Source: a virus
Direction: 5' to 3' (one strand)
DNA length: 64,000 nucleotides
Virus record (IMG/VR): IMGVR_UViG_3300019886_000004
Location: 1-64,000 of that record
Part shown: positions 1 through 8,246 of the stretch, in pieces
Position numbering within the stretch: the stretch's first letter is position 1
Layout: each line of letters begins with the position of its first letter
The notes under the pieces: generated by a model
Told to the model about the DNA's origin: nothing
Databases searched by the model: none
The model's input: the letters and a program-made list of their open reading frames with translations, nothing else
Translations under genes and position numbers: made by a program

Positions 1-120
1 CCATAGCCATTGCCATAGCCATAGCCATCGCCATTGCCATTGCCATAGCCATCGCCATTGCCATTACCATAGCCATTGCCATAGCCATAGCCATCGCCAT
101 TGCCATTACCATAGCCATAG
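1..120. repeat. hexamer tandem repeat CCAT(A/T/C)(G/A) x20
   Basis: 20 consecutive 6-mers (ccatag/ccattg/ccatcg/ccatta). Confidence 0.97.
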
Positions 121-173
121 GTGCTTTGACTTTCCTCAAAATTAATTGCTATTCTTAGACTATTTGTTTCCAT
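1..173 (-). CDS. Gly-(Tyr/Asn/Asp) dipeptide-repeat protein, 3' truncated by window start
   Basis: Not in ORF track. ATG at 173 overlaps the end of the 155..493 ORF; reads METNSLRIAINFEESQSTYGYGNGNGDGYGYGNG... Confidence 0.75.
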   Translation of the reverse strand, partial: METNSLRIAINFEESQSTYGYGNGNGDGYGYGNGYGNGNGDGYGNGNGDGYGYGNGY

Positions 174-493
174 TTTTCTTCATTTACGGTAATAGTATGT
201 ACTACAGTTAACCAATCAAATTCAACAACTCCTTCAGTCTTATCTAAGATAGTGCTAGAAGTGACTCCGTTTACTAACTCAGCTAATCCTTTTGTTGTTC
301 CCCACTTTCTTATGCAATAAGCACTTGTAAGCTTACAATCATTTCCTATCCTTTCGAATCTTCCTATGTAAACCCATCCGCGTTGGAGAATTACAATTTT
401 TATATTGCTTTCTTTTTTCTTTTCTTTAGCTACGTATTCTACACCATCAATATAGGTGCCACCCTCAACTATTTCTACTACTTTCTTTTTCAT
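155..493 (-). CDS. phage beta-barrel protein (DUF6948-like, possible Sm-like fold)
   Basis: IVILQRGWVYIG...IRKWGTTKGLAEL pattern; followed by GYG repeat gene. Confidence 0.55.
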   Translation of the reverse strand: MKKKVVEIVEGGTYIDGVEYVAKEKKKESNIKIVILQRGWVYIGRFERIGNDCKLTSAYCIRKWGTTKGLAELVNGVTSSTILDKTEGVVEFDWLTVVHTITVNEEKWKQIV

Positions 494-694
494 GTTTTTT
501 TATTTGATTTTGTTAGTTAAAGAACGATTACTTTTATAGTCTAAATTGCTTGCTTTAGTATATTCAACAAGAATATCTAACAAGCTTTACTCTATCAAGG
601 CCACGAACACTTTGAGATTTACATGCATCCGCAAACACAATACCCTATAGAAATTACATCGATTTATTACCCCTAGTAAATTAGACTATGGTTT

Positions 695-728
695 AAAAGA
701 GCTGAAGTAATTTCTTACTCCAGCTCTT
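695..728 (-). terminator. intrinsic terminator
   Basis: minus strand AAGAGCTGGAGTAA-GAAA-TTACTTCAGCTCTTTT. Confidence 0.65.
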
Positions 729-906
729 GGTCGTGAGTCCTACGCTTGAATGGATGGAAAGATGCCTGCTAAGCGAGTTTAAAGTTTGTTTTGGATCATT
801 AGTTTATAGGCTGTTCTACACAACCATATAAGTCCAATTAAAGCTAATAGACCGCCAATAGAGAAGTAATCTCCATTAGGATCGATGTATAATAATGTTA
901 ACATAG

Positions 907-1092
907 TTAGTTTAAATGAATAAGTGTAAGAAGACGAGACATTTTAACAAGTTTAGCAGTATGATTATCATCTAGTAATCCATCATACATAACTGCTTTT
1001 ATTCTAAGGCTAACAGTTCTTTGGTGCCAATTATAAAGAGTACTACCTAATGGTACCTCTTCAGCTGTATTATCCAGTGCATATTTCTTCAT
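907..1092 (-). CDS. hypothetical protein
   Basis: ORF with A-rich leader, co-oriented with neighbours. Confidence 0.6.
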   Translation of the reverse strand: MKKYALDNTAEEVPLGSTLYNWHQRTVSLRIKAVMYDGLLDDNHTAKLVKMSRLLTLIHLN

Positions 1093-1173
1093 AACATAAA
1101 GTTTGATTGGTGAATATTAAATAAGGTGTGGGTATGAATATCATACAGTCATGTTCAGGGTGATTAATCATGA

Positions 1174-1443
1174 TTATTTTTTTGTTAGACAAACGAATAT
1201 TATCAAACTTACTACATATATAAATGCGAGAAGTGGTAGCCATTCGAGTTTCTTAAAGTAGATAATGATTGCATCCAATGGATCAAAAAGTTGATTAAAA
1301 TCCGGCAGCTTAAATAACCAGATGAGCACAATGAGTGTAGTTATTACAAAATAAGTAAAAAGAAGTATTGCTGCAATAAGCCACCAAGTCATTAATCCAA
1401 TCCATTTAAGGACTTTTAATAAAAACTCTAGCACGTATTTCAT
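1174..1443 (-). CDS. small membrane protein
   Basis: two long hydrophobic stretches. Confidence 0.7.
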   Translation of the reverse strand: MKYVLEFLLKVLKWIGLMTWWLIAAILLFTYFVITTLIVLIWLFKLPDFNQLFDPLDAIIIYFKKLEWLPLLAFIYVVSLIIFVCLTKK

Positions 1444-1664
1444 ATTTTATAAATTGTTTTAGATTTTTTATTCTGTTCTTTTTGTGAAACTATCTTCCAG
1501 TGTCCTGGGCGTAAAAATATCTCATTACGTGGATGTATTTCTCCTTTTTTATAAGATTTTAGAATAAATCCCATGCTGTTTGTTATTGTGTAACTTCTCC
1601 TGCATTTCAACTTAACTCTGGAAGACGTATCATTTGTGATTTCTAGTAATGTTACCTTACTCAT
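1440..1664 (-). CDS. hypothetical protein
   Basis: ORF, ATGA-coupled to next gene. Confidence 0.6.
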   Translation of the reverse strand: MSKVTLLEITNDTSSRVKLKCRRSYTITNSMGFILKSYKKGEIHPRNEIFLRPGHWKIVSQKEQNKKSKTIYKI

Positions 1665-1666
1665 AA

Positions 1667-2035
1667 TTAATAGTTTTTGTCAAACCATTCATAAAATTCC
1701 CACGCAACTTTATCGTAATCTGATTTATCAGGATCTGGATTGGGATAATACTTATGTATCATATAGTCCGTATGTATTTTTACAATGTCTTCTCTACTAT
1801 ACATTTTATCCATAGGAAGAATGATTACTTCATTAGCAGGAAATGGAACTAATTTTAGTCTCTTTTTAGAATATTCCTCATCTATTCTAGCATCATATAC
1901 AGTAACTATCTCAGTTTGAAGCCTCACCTTATCAATCTTTCCTTGTTTCTCAACCCATCTCTCAATAAATGAAGAAGGTATAAGTGGAAGAGATAAGGAT
2001 TTGTTGGTACATGCGACGATAACTTGTTTTTTCAT
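1667..2035 (-). CDS. hypothetical phage protein, probable C-terminal half of a gene split by the HNH
   Basis: KQVIVACTNKSL-LPLIPSSFIERWV...YSREDI; ATGA overlap with HNH stop. Confidence 0.65.
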   Translation of the reverse strand: MKKQVIVACTNKSLSLPLIPSSFIERWVEKQGKIDKVRLQTEIVTVYDARIDEEYSKKRLKLVPFPANEVIILPMDKMYSREDIVKIHTDYMIHKYYPNPDPDKSDYDKVAWEFYEWFDKNY

Positions 2036-2718
2036 ATTAAATATTTGAATCTATTTTCGGTGCCTCTACTAAGAGTATGATACAATGATGAATCAGTTCT
2101 ACCAACAGATTTAGCAGCTTCCATTATTGTATTAAATACTTCTCCAGAGGTACCATCAATTATTTTTCTACTGTTTGATAAATGAGTTCTGTCAGGATAT
2201 GTAATCTTTGGAAAACTATAATGACTCGTAATATGTTTCCAAGTCCTTCCAGATCGAATGAAACTAAAAGTAGTTTTTGTCAACTCTGGAATTGTTTGCC
2301 TTATTTTTGGAAAATGTTCATTTTTCACAATGGCTTCACATATCTTTATCACTTCCACTTCCGTAAGGACTGAATTGGCATTTTCTTGACCTATTCCACC
2401 TCTACTCCTAGATACAGCTAAACCTGTTCTATAAGCATGTTGCATATTATGAGCTGCTGTACACCACTCTAAATTATCAAGAGAATTGTTGCATTTATTA
2501 CCGTCCATATGATTTACTTGAGGTAGGTTATCTGGATTGGGAATAAAAGCTATAGCTAATAATCTGTGAACACTTTTCATTACAGGTTTACCGTCTCTAC
2601 GAAGATAGACACTAGGATAACCTCTCGCGTTTATGTGATGTTTTATTGGCTTGGATCCTCTTAGATGAGTGATGTCTCCAGATTCTTTGATATTATAGTT
2701 GAAATCTTGTATTTTCAT
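2032..2718 (-). CDS. HNH homing endonuclease with C-terminal NUMOD-like DNA-binding domain
   Basis: VHRLLAIAFIPNPDNLPQVNHMDGNKCNNSLDNLEW; C-terminal GEVFNTIMEAAK; ATG 2718 follows its own promoter. Confidence 0.9.
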   Translation of the reverse strand: MKIQDFNYNIKESGDITHLRGSKPIKHHINARGYPSVYLRRDGKPVMKSVHRLLAIAFIPNPDNLPQVNHMDGNKCNNSLDNLEWCTAAHNMQHAYRTGLAVSRSRGGIGQENANSVLTEVEVIKICEAIVKNEHFPKIRQTIPELTKTTFSFIRSGRTWKHITSHYSFPKITYPDRTHLSNSRKIIDGTSGEVFNTIMEAAKSVGRTDSSLYHTLSRGTENRFKYLI

Positions 2719-2722
2719 AATA

Positions 2723-2754
2723 CAAAGATACGACAAATATCTTGAATTTCCAAA
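2723..2754 (-). promoter_or_regulatory. Bacteroidota housekeeping promoter for HNH gene
   Basis: minus strand TTTG-N20-TATCTTTG, 4 nt before ATG. Confidence 0.8.
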
Positions 2755-2755
2755 T

Positions 2756-3013
2756 CTATTTCCATTGTTTTAGTTGCCCGTCTTCGATGTACCAATCACC
2801 TTCTTTAATCTCTTGCTCAGAGACTAGATATAGATGTTTAGGATTGGGTACTATCATTCCATCCATGTACCTTTCATATGATATAATTTTTCCAATTGCT
2901 TCGGACTTAGAAGTATATAAAGATAGATGGTACACATAATGAGGAACTTCTGGTGCTCTAACTTCTCTACCTACAGGAAGCATTATAACACTACATGTTA
3001 ATTCATTTTTCAT
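2756..3013 (-). CDS. hypothetical phage protein, probable N-terminal half of split gene
   Basis: VIMLP...HLYLVSEQEIKEGDWYI pattern. Confidence 0.65.
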   Translation of the reverse strand: MKNELTCSVIMLPVGREVRAPEVPHYVYHLSLYTSKSEAIGKIISYERYMDGMIVPNPKHLYLVSEQEIKEGDWYIEDGQLKQWK

Positions 3014-3260
3014 GAGATCTTTTTAAGTGTTTATTTAATTTCCTCCAATATCTACCAGTGCGATGGTAATACCATTGTGTTTTAATAGGCCATGGGAACC
3101 ACCAATGAGACCAGTAAGTACCTACTGGAAATGCAGCAAAACATGCACGCCCTTCTAATGGTAAGCTAGGTGTGTCAATTTTAATAAAAGAACACATGCT
3201 AATTTGAGCATTAGCATGTGTTAATGAGATTGTTATAATAAGTGTTAATAAGTATTTCAT
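3003..3260 (-). CDS. secreted hypothetical protein
   Basis: signal-peptide-like MKYLLTLIITISLTHANAQ. Confidence 0.55.
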   Translation of the reverse strand: MKYLLTLIITISLTHANAQISMCSFIKIDTPSLPLEGRACFAAFPVGTYWSHWWFPWPIKTQWYYHRTGRYWRKLNKHLKRSHEK

Positions 3261-3261
3261 C

Positions 3262-3975
3262 TTAATAAAGTTTAGCTTCTTGGAGTAGCTCAGGTAGTTG
3301 CGCTATTTTGTTTATTCTTTTCTTTAGTGACTGTATTGCCTCCCATTTAGCGTTATTTACAATCTTAGGACTTCTATTTAGTTCTACTGCTATCTGCTTT
3401 GGCTCCCAACCTTTAGCGGTTAAATGTAATATTTGTCTTCGCAGTGGATGAAACTTGTCAATCTCTTGATTGAGTATTGCAGTTATTTCAAGTTGAGCCA
3501 TTATCTTATCCTTTTTATCGCGTAGGTTCCAGTCTTCGTCCATTATAGTTTCTTCCTCCTTTTCGAGTAGTTGGGTGAACGGAGTCTTACCGTTGTACAT
3601 TTCTAGAGACATATTTTTCACACTGACATATAAGGTTCTGCGCAAAATTTGCTCACTTTCGTATTCGTGTATGTTCTTCAAGAAACGATACATAGTTTCT
3701 TGTACAGCATCTTTAGCAGCATCTATATTTTGTAATATTTGATGAGCGGTCAATACTAATCCCCTCCAGTGCTTTGTATACACAGAAACCAGCCAATTTT
3801 CATATTGTTCAGTTCGCACACCTGATCGTTTCGTTGTTCTGTTGTTTCTCGCAGAGCAACTGCGTGAACAATAGTTTCCTTTCAGGCCGCATCTTTTCAT
3901 GTGTACTATTACACTCGGCTGGCGGTCGAATTTGATACCACATCCATCGCAGGTCAATTCTATTAAAGTTCGCAT
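3262..3975 (-). CDS. ECF-type sigma-70 factor with N-terminal Cys4 zinc finger
   Basis: CDGC...YCSRSC; region 2 (AKDAVQETMYRF...LYVSVKN); region 4 (RQILHL...KQIAVELNRSPKIVNNAK). Confidence 0.8.
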   Translation of the reverse strand: MRTLIELTCDGCGIKFDRQPSVIVHMKRCGLKGNYCSRSCSARNNRTTKRSGVRTEQYENWLVSVYTKHWRGLVLTAHQILQNIDAAKDAVQETMYRFLKNIHEYESEQILRRTLYVSVKNMSLEMYNGKTPFTQLLEKEEETIMDEDWNLRDKKDKIMAQLEITAILNQEIDKFHPLRRQILHLTAKGWEPKQIAVELNRSPKIVNNAKWEAIQSLKKRINKIAQLPELLQEAKLY

Positions 3976-4004
3976 AAAATAAAGTTTAATAGGTTTAAAA
4001 ATTG

Positions 4005-4033
4005 AAAAGGGAGACTACCTAGAGCCTCCCTTT
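4005..4033 (-). terminator. intrinsic terminator
   Basis: AAAGGGAG...CTCCCTTT stem with T-rich tail on minus strand. Confidence 0.55.
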
Positions 4034-4103
4034 GTTCTTACTAACTCACATAAAATGCTACTAATGCACAAATTCTTTTTGTTAGTAAGATAGCACAAAA
4101 ATC

Positions 4104-4358
4104 TTAATAAGTTTTGTTAATCCACAATATGTGGGTAAATTCACGTTTGAATTGGGATAGGTATACTTTATAAGTAAATTTGGCAACCGTAGCATCCTCA
4201 AACGGAGCCACTTTATTTGAGGCATACCTATTCTCTTGTGCCCAATAAGGAGTTCCGTTTACGAAATTCTCTTTGTTACTTAATAAAGCTACAAACATCT
4301 TAATTTCGTAAAGATCACCTGTTGTTGGAGTGATAGGTAGCCATTGAATATCATCCAT
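4104..4358 (-). CDS. hypothetical protein
   Basis: ORF. Confidence 0.6.
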   Translation of the reverse strand: MDDIQWLPITPTTGDLYEIKMFVALLSNKENFVNGTPYWAQENRYASNKVAPFEDATVAKFTYKVYLSQFKREFTHILWINKTY

Positions 4359-4548
4359 TACATATCAATTTTTGTTTTATCGTATACATATAGAAAAATA
4401 AAAGTACACCAAATTCTATCCACCACGGAGCCTCATGTTTAGGATATGCCGCCGTTAATAAGCAGGCTGCTACACATCCACATCCAAAACCTTGCAAAAA
4501 AAAAGTATTAAAATCTTTAATATTGTCATATTAGGTAAATTTAGAAAA

Positions 4549-4620
4549 CTAACTAATAATACTCCCACTCCCACTCCTACTCCCACTCCTATATATCTTT
4601 TTTAAATGTGACTGTATCAT
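4549..4620 (-). CDS. 23-aa RS/GS-repeat peptide
   Basis: MIQSHLKKIYRSGSRSGSGSIIS*; paralogue of 8097..8246. Confidence 0.6.
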   Translation of the reverse strand: MIQSHLKKIYRSGSRSGSGSIIS

Positions 4621-4645
4621 AATTTTATTATATTAGGTAAATTTA

Positions 4646-4680
4646 AAAAGTACCAGGTTACATTATCACCTGGTACTTTT
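4646..4680. terminator. bidirectional intrinsic terminator
   Basis: 13-bp perfect stem AAAAGTACCAGGT/ACCTGGTACTTTT. Confidence 0.75.
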
Positions 4681-4970
4681 GTTTACAGCGCTTAAAGCAC
4701 GCTGGGTGAGTTTGTTTCGTTACAGTTATTGCTTAAACAGCAGCATGGATAACGTACAGCTTTTGAGATTAAAGAGGTGGTTTGCCCACGTATATCCCGG
4801 TTATTATTAGACAATACTCATATGCACCGCAATGTGACTGTATCAATTTCACATTGTTTTATCTCGATATTCTATATATGCTAGTGGATATCATCCTCTA
4901 ATCATTCTATACCACGCCAACCAGGGTCTAGCCAACCTGGCTGTTGAGGCTTACCTTTATGCGTAAGAAG
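4681..4970 (-). ncRNA. candidate structured ncRNA (~290-320 nt)
   Basis: no ORF of 60 aa or more, GC-enriched, several hairpins (CAGCCAGG/CCTGGTTG, CAATGTGA/TCACATTG, GTGG/CCAC, CAGCG/CGCTG), ends at terminator. Confidence 0.45.
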
Positions 4971-5174
4971 TTAAAAGTCGTTTTCAAAATCAAGAAACTC
5001 AAGACCACTTTCTATTTGAATTTCATGCTGTAATTTTTCATTCTCTTTTGTTTGCTCAGGAGTTAGTTTACGATAATATTGTTTTAAAAGCTCTGCAAGA
5101 TCATGATACTCAATATCTGTGAGAGTTTGTTTTGCATTACCACTAATACTTACTGTCTCTTTGATAATATACAT
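4971..5174 (-). CDS. hypothetical protein
   Basis: ORF. Confidence 0.6.
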   Translation of the reverse strand: MYIIKETVSISGNAKQTLTDIEYHDLAELLKQYYRKLTPEQTKENEKLQHEIQIESGLEFLDFENDF

Positions 5175-5178
5175 GCTG

Positions 5179-5628
5179 TTAAAATTGTAGCTTGAATAAT
5201 TCAGTTTTAGGAGGTAAGCACATTTCTTCAGTACATGGTTGATATGTTATACTAATATTCATGACTGCCACAGTTAATTTATACCTATTAATGAAACGTT
5301 GAGTAAAGTCCACACTTTCGTACCATATAGCAGCAATATCGGATACTGTATCTCTCCATGTTACTTTTGTACCTACTTCGTGAGTAGGACCAGCTTTCTT
5401 AAAGTAGTCATTGGATTCATATTTAAAACTAGTAGGTGTAGATACAGAATTCTTAGGCTGCACTTGGCTATAAATATGCCATTCAGTGTTTATAGTGGGT
5501 TTCATATGTACTATAAACACACTATCATTTATGTTTTGTGTGCTGATTTTCCAATGCACAGGATATTCGTCTTGTGCATGTGATACACTAAGGAGTAATA
5601 TGTGAATAGGTAAAAAAAGATATTTCAT
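5179..5628 (-). CDS. DsbD N-terminal (thiol:disulfide interchange) domain protein, exported
   Basis: signal peptide; PVHW, WHIYS, YQPCTEEMCLPP (CxxxxC-LPP). Confidence 0.8.
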   Translation of the reverse strand: MKYLFLPIHILLLSVSHAQDEYPVHWKISTQNINDSVFIVHMKPTINTEWHIYSQVQPKNSVSTPTSFKYESNDYFKKAGPTHEVGTKVTWRDTVSDIAAIWYESVDFTQRFINRYKLTVAVMNISITYQPCTEEMCLPPKTELFKLQF

Positions 5629-5767
5629 TTTTTGAATGGTTTAGATAGTAAATATATAAGAAACCCTAAAATTATAAAACAACTAGTAATCAATAAAGTC
5701 CTCATTATTTCATTTAAATTTAGATCATCCATAAACTTAATAGGTTTATTAATTTAATAAGTTAAAT

Positions 5768-5803
5768 AAAATAGCCCTCACCAAATGGATATTGGGCTAT
5801 TTT
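5768..5803. terminator. intrinsic terminator-like hairpin
   Basis: AAAATAGCCC/GGGCTATTTT. Confidence 0.6.
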
Positions 5804-5837
5804 TCTCATGAAACGACTGTCCAAATTGTGACTCCCT

Positions 5838-6080
5838 CTAAATAGCTTCAATGGTAAGTGCACCTTTAAATGCATGCATTACGTGTTCTTCTTCATAGTT
5901 ATCACCTACAAGACTATCAAGTGTCTCTGTAGATATAGAAACCACCGGTCTCCTGTACTCTTTACTTTCTTTTTGTTTTTTAAAGGTACCTTGCCATACA
6001 AATGTAACTCTGTCATCTATATTTTCAATAGTAAGTTTTTCAGCAACGCTTTTGATGAGCTTTAGTGATTCGTCTTTCAT
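5838..6080 (-). CDS. hypothetical protein
   Basis: ORF with Bacteroidota-type leader. Confidence 0.65.
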   Translation of the reverse strand: MKDESLKLIKSVAEKLTIENIDDRVTFVWQGTFKKQKESKEYRRPVVSISTETLDSLVGDNYEEEHVMHAFKGALTIEAI

Positions 6081-6096
6081 TTTATTTGTTTGATTG

Positions 6097-6318
6097 TTAA
6101 CTTATTACGTATGGATGTTCTTGTACTATTATTTTTATTACTTGATAATTATTGGAATGGTTAAAAATGAAAATTCGGTTTGTAACTCTGTAAATTTTCT
6201 GATTAATCTCTACAAGATCTTCTTTGTCTGGTATTATTGGTTTATCAACATATTCATAGGTGTTTAGTCTTTTAAGACCATCAAATCCACCCAATTCTAT
6301 AGTTATTTTTATATCCAT
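6097..6318 (-). CDS. hypothetical protein
   Basis: ORF overlapping upstream stop. Confidence 0.6.
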   Translation of the reverse strand: MDIKITIELGGFDGLKRLNTYEYVDKPIIPDKEDLVEINQKIYRVTNRIFIFNHSNNYQVIKIIVQEHPYVIS

Positions 6319-6794
6319 GATTTTGGATTTATATATTTAATGTTTTTATTTTTACTTATCGCATATTCAATACAATTAGCTGTACCACCAGGAGTCCCAT
6401 CCGATGCTGCCAGTAGAAAATCATCTTTAATTAATTGGTCAACCATCCATACATTACGATCTTGCATACAATGGTTATTATAAGGTTCTTTTGATACCCA
6501 ATGTTTTATAATAGCATGTTCATATAGATACTGATAAAGACTTTTGGAAAGCGGTGGCCATTTCTTATCTTGATTAACACACGGAATAGCTATAGTAAGT
6601 GGGATACCTAATCTAATGGCTAATAGCGCCACTATTTGATCATAACCAAGTGCTAGTCCGGTGATTATACGATCGGGCTTATATTCGTTTACAATAGCTT
6701 CTGTTTCTGTTTCTAAATGACGAGTATAGGGACCAATAAGACCGTATTCAAATCCCAGTTTATTGGGTCTATGACCCGTTACTACTATTGTCAT
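6309..6794 (-). CDS. YspA/DUF1273-like SLOG family protein
   Basis: VTGHRP, ITGLALGYDQ, RNVWMVD, GGTANCIEYA motifs. Confidence 0.85.
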   Translation of the reverse strand: MTIVVTGHRPNKLGFEYGLIGPYTRHLETETEAIVNEYKPDRIITGLALGYDQIVALLAIRLGIPLTIAIPCVNQDKKWPPLSKSLYQYLYEHAIIKHWVSKEPYNNHCMQDRNVWMVDQLIKDDFLLAASDGTPGGTANCIEYAISKNKNIKYINPKSWI

Positions 6795-6911
6795 AGAAAG
6801 TTATTTAACATTTGATTAAACAAAGAATAAATGCACAAAAGACAATGAGGGCTAATATCTCTGTGACCGTAACTGTATTGTCATCTGTTTCATGCTTCAT
6901 TGTGAATAATT

Positions 6912-7124
6912 TTAAATGTGTGAAGGATATTCGTCTTTGTTAGTAGATTTTGCAATATTTTTTGTCATTACTTGTGTGTAGAGATGGGCGCTAAAGTTAC
7001 TACCATAACAAAAGTTCACTTTGAGTTCATCTTTAAGGGTCCATCCTTCATCAAGGAGTTCATTCACCTCTCTTTCTACATCAATCATATAGTGTTCAGA
7101 AACTATTTTGATTATTTGGGGCAT
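6912..7124 (-). CDS. DUF1737-like small protein
   Basis: VNELLDEGW...YTQVM pattern. Confidence 0.55.
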   Translation of the reverse strand: MPQIIKIVSEHYMIDVEREVNELLDEGWTLKDELKVNFCYGSNFSAHLYTQVMTKNIAKSTNKDEYPSHI

Positions 7125-7144
7125 TTTAATTAGTTTTAATTATT

Positions 7145-7354
7145 TCAGTTTTGCATTATACATCCTGATCTACAAATGGTATTTTCAGTTGTACAGCACC
7201 TCCAGTATCCTCCCATTTTAAAACATGATACTTTGTTCATAGCTCCGTGTTTTTTACAGTGAGGAGTTGGATTTACTCCTTTTACAGTAGTTTTGTATAC
7301 TACATTTTCGAAGTTCGAGTTATTGTCAGGTATAGGTAGTAAAATTACTGACAC
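7145..7354 (-). CDS. small Cys/His-rich (putative Zn-binding) protein
   Basis: CKKHGAM...WRCC...CRSGC; GTG start. Confidence 0.55.
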   Translation of the reverse strand: MSVILLPIPDNNSNFENVVYKTTVKGVNPTPHCKKHGAMNKVSCFKMGGYWRCCTTENTICRSGCIMQN

Positions 7355-7355
7355 A

Positions 7356-7874
7356 TTAATAAGTTTTATCAGTTATAAGAATACCATTATTGTGGTCAAT
7401 TTCGTGTTGAATAGTAGCACCTCCTTCTTTAATGTTAAACCATTTCGTATGACTCTTACCATTTTCATCATACCATAACACTTTAATATTTGAGGCTCTT
7501 GATACAAGTATAGGTTCTTTTAATCTAATAGATCCGCAGTTGCTATTCATTGCGAAATTATTATCATCCCTCCATTCTATAATATCAGGATTAATCATAA
7601 TTTCGCAATAGGTATTATGTTTACCTCGACTTCTGACAATACCAATAATATTAAACGGTATAGCTACATTGGCACCTGACATTCCATGTGGTAATTCGTA
7701 GTCATCAAATTTTATCAATGCTAAGGACTTTATATATCTGCATATTTCACGTATTAGATATTTGTATTGATGAGATGACTTAAATAATCTCATGTTAACA
7801 GGTAATAGCTTACTTTTGAGATGAATAACATCTCCAGGTGTATTAATATAAGTTAGGTAATCATTTATTTTCAT
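7356..7874 (-). CDS. def: peptide deformylase (divergent)
   Basis: GMSGANV, MINPDI, NCGSI, QHEIDHNNGILI. Confidence 0.8.
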   Translation of the reverse strand: MKINDYLTYINTPGDVIHLKSKLLPVNMRLFKSSHQYKYLIREICRYIKSLALIKFDDYELPHGMSGANVAIPFNIIGIVRSRGKHNTYCEIMINPDIIEWRDDNNFAMNSNCGSIRLKEPILVSRASNIKVLWYDENGKSHTKWFNIKEGGATIQHEIDHNNGILITDKTY

Positions 7875-8096
7875 AATTATTTTTTATTAGTTATAGGGTG
7901 GACATCATGGATATAATACTATGCAACGTGTTATCGTTTTTTATCCCCTTCAGGCTGTTAAGCTGCAGCTCACCTAATTCAGGATGCACAAGGCATACTC
8001 TGGCCATTTGGTAACGCGCTATATCTATTAATCCACCCCTTTCCTAATGATTTGAATGTGTGTCGTTTTTTTTCTTATTGAATTCCTATTAAAGTA

Positions 8097-8246
8097 CTAA
8101 CTAATAACACTCCCACTCCTACTCCTACTCCCACTCCCACTCCCACTCCTACTCCTACTCCCACTCCCACTCCCACTCCTACTCCCACTCCCACTCCTAC
8201 TCCAACTCCTAATCCTATATATTTTTCTTAAATGTGAAGTAATCAT
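8097..8246 (-). CDS. 49-aa RS/GS dipeptide-repeat peptide
   Basis: MITSHLRKIYRIRSWSRSGSGSRSGSGSGSRSRSGSGSGSRSRSGSVIS*; ATGA overlap with upstream gene. Confidence 0.7.
   Translation of the reverse strand: MITSHLRKIYRIRSWSRSGSGSRSGSGSGSRSRSGSGSGSRSRSGSVIS
8109..8216. repeat. hexamer tandem repeat ACTCC(C/T/A) x17 plus one degenerate unit
   Basis: direct reading. Confidence 0.95.

Noticed and set aside
1-8216. Hexamer repeats as CRISPR array or DGR variable repeats
   Set aside because: No spacers, no reverse transcriptase or template/variable repeat pair, and other adenines in the units are invariant
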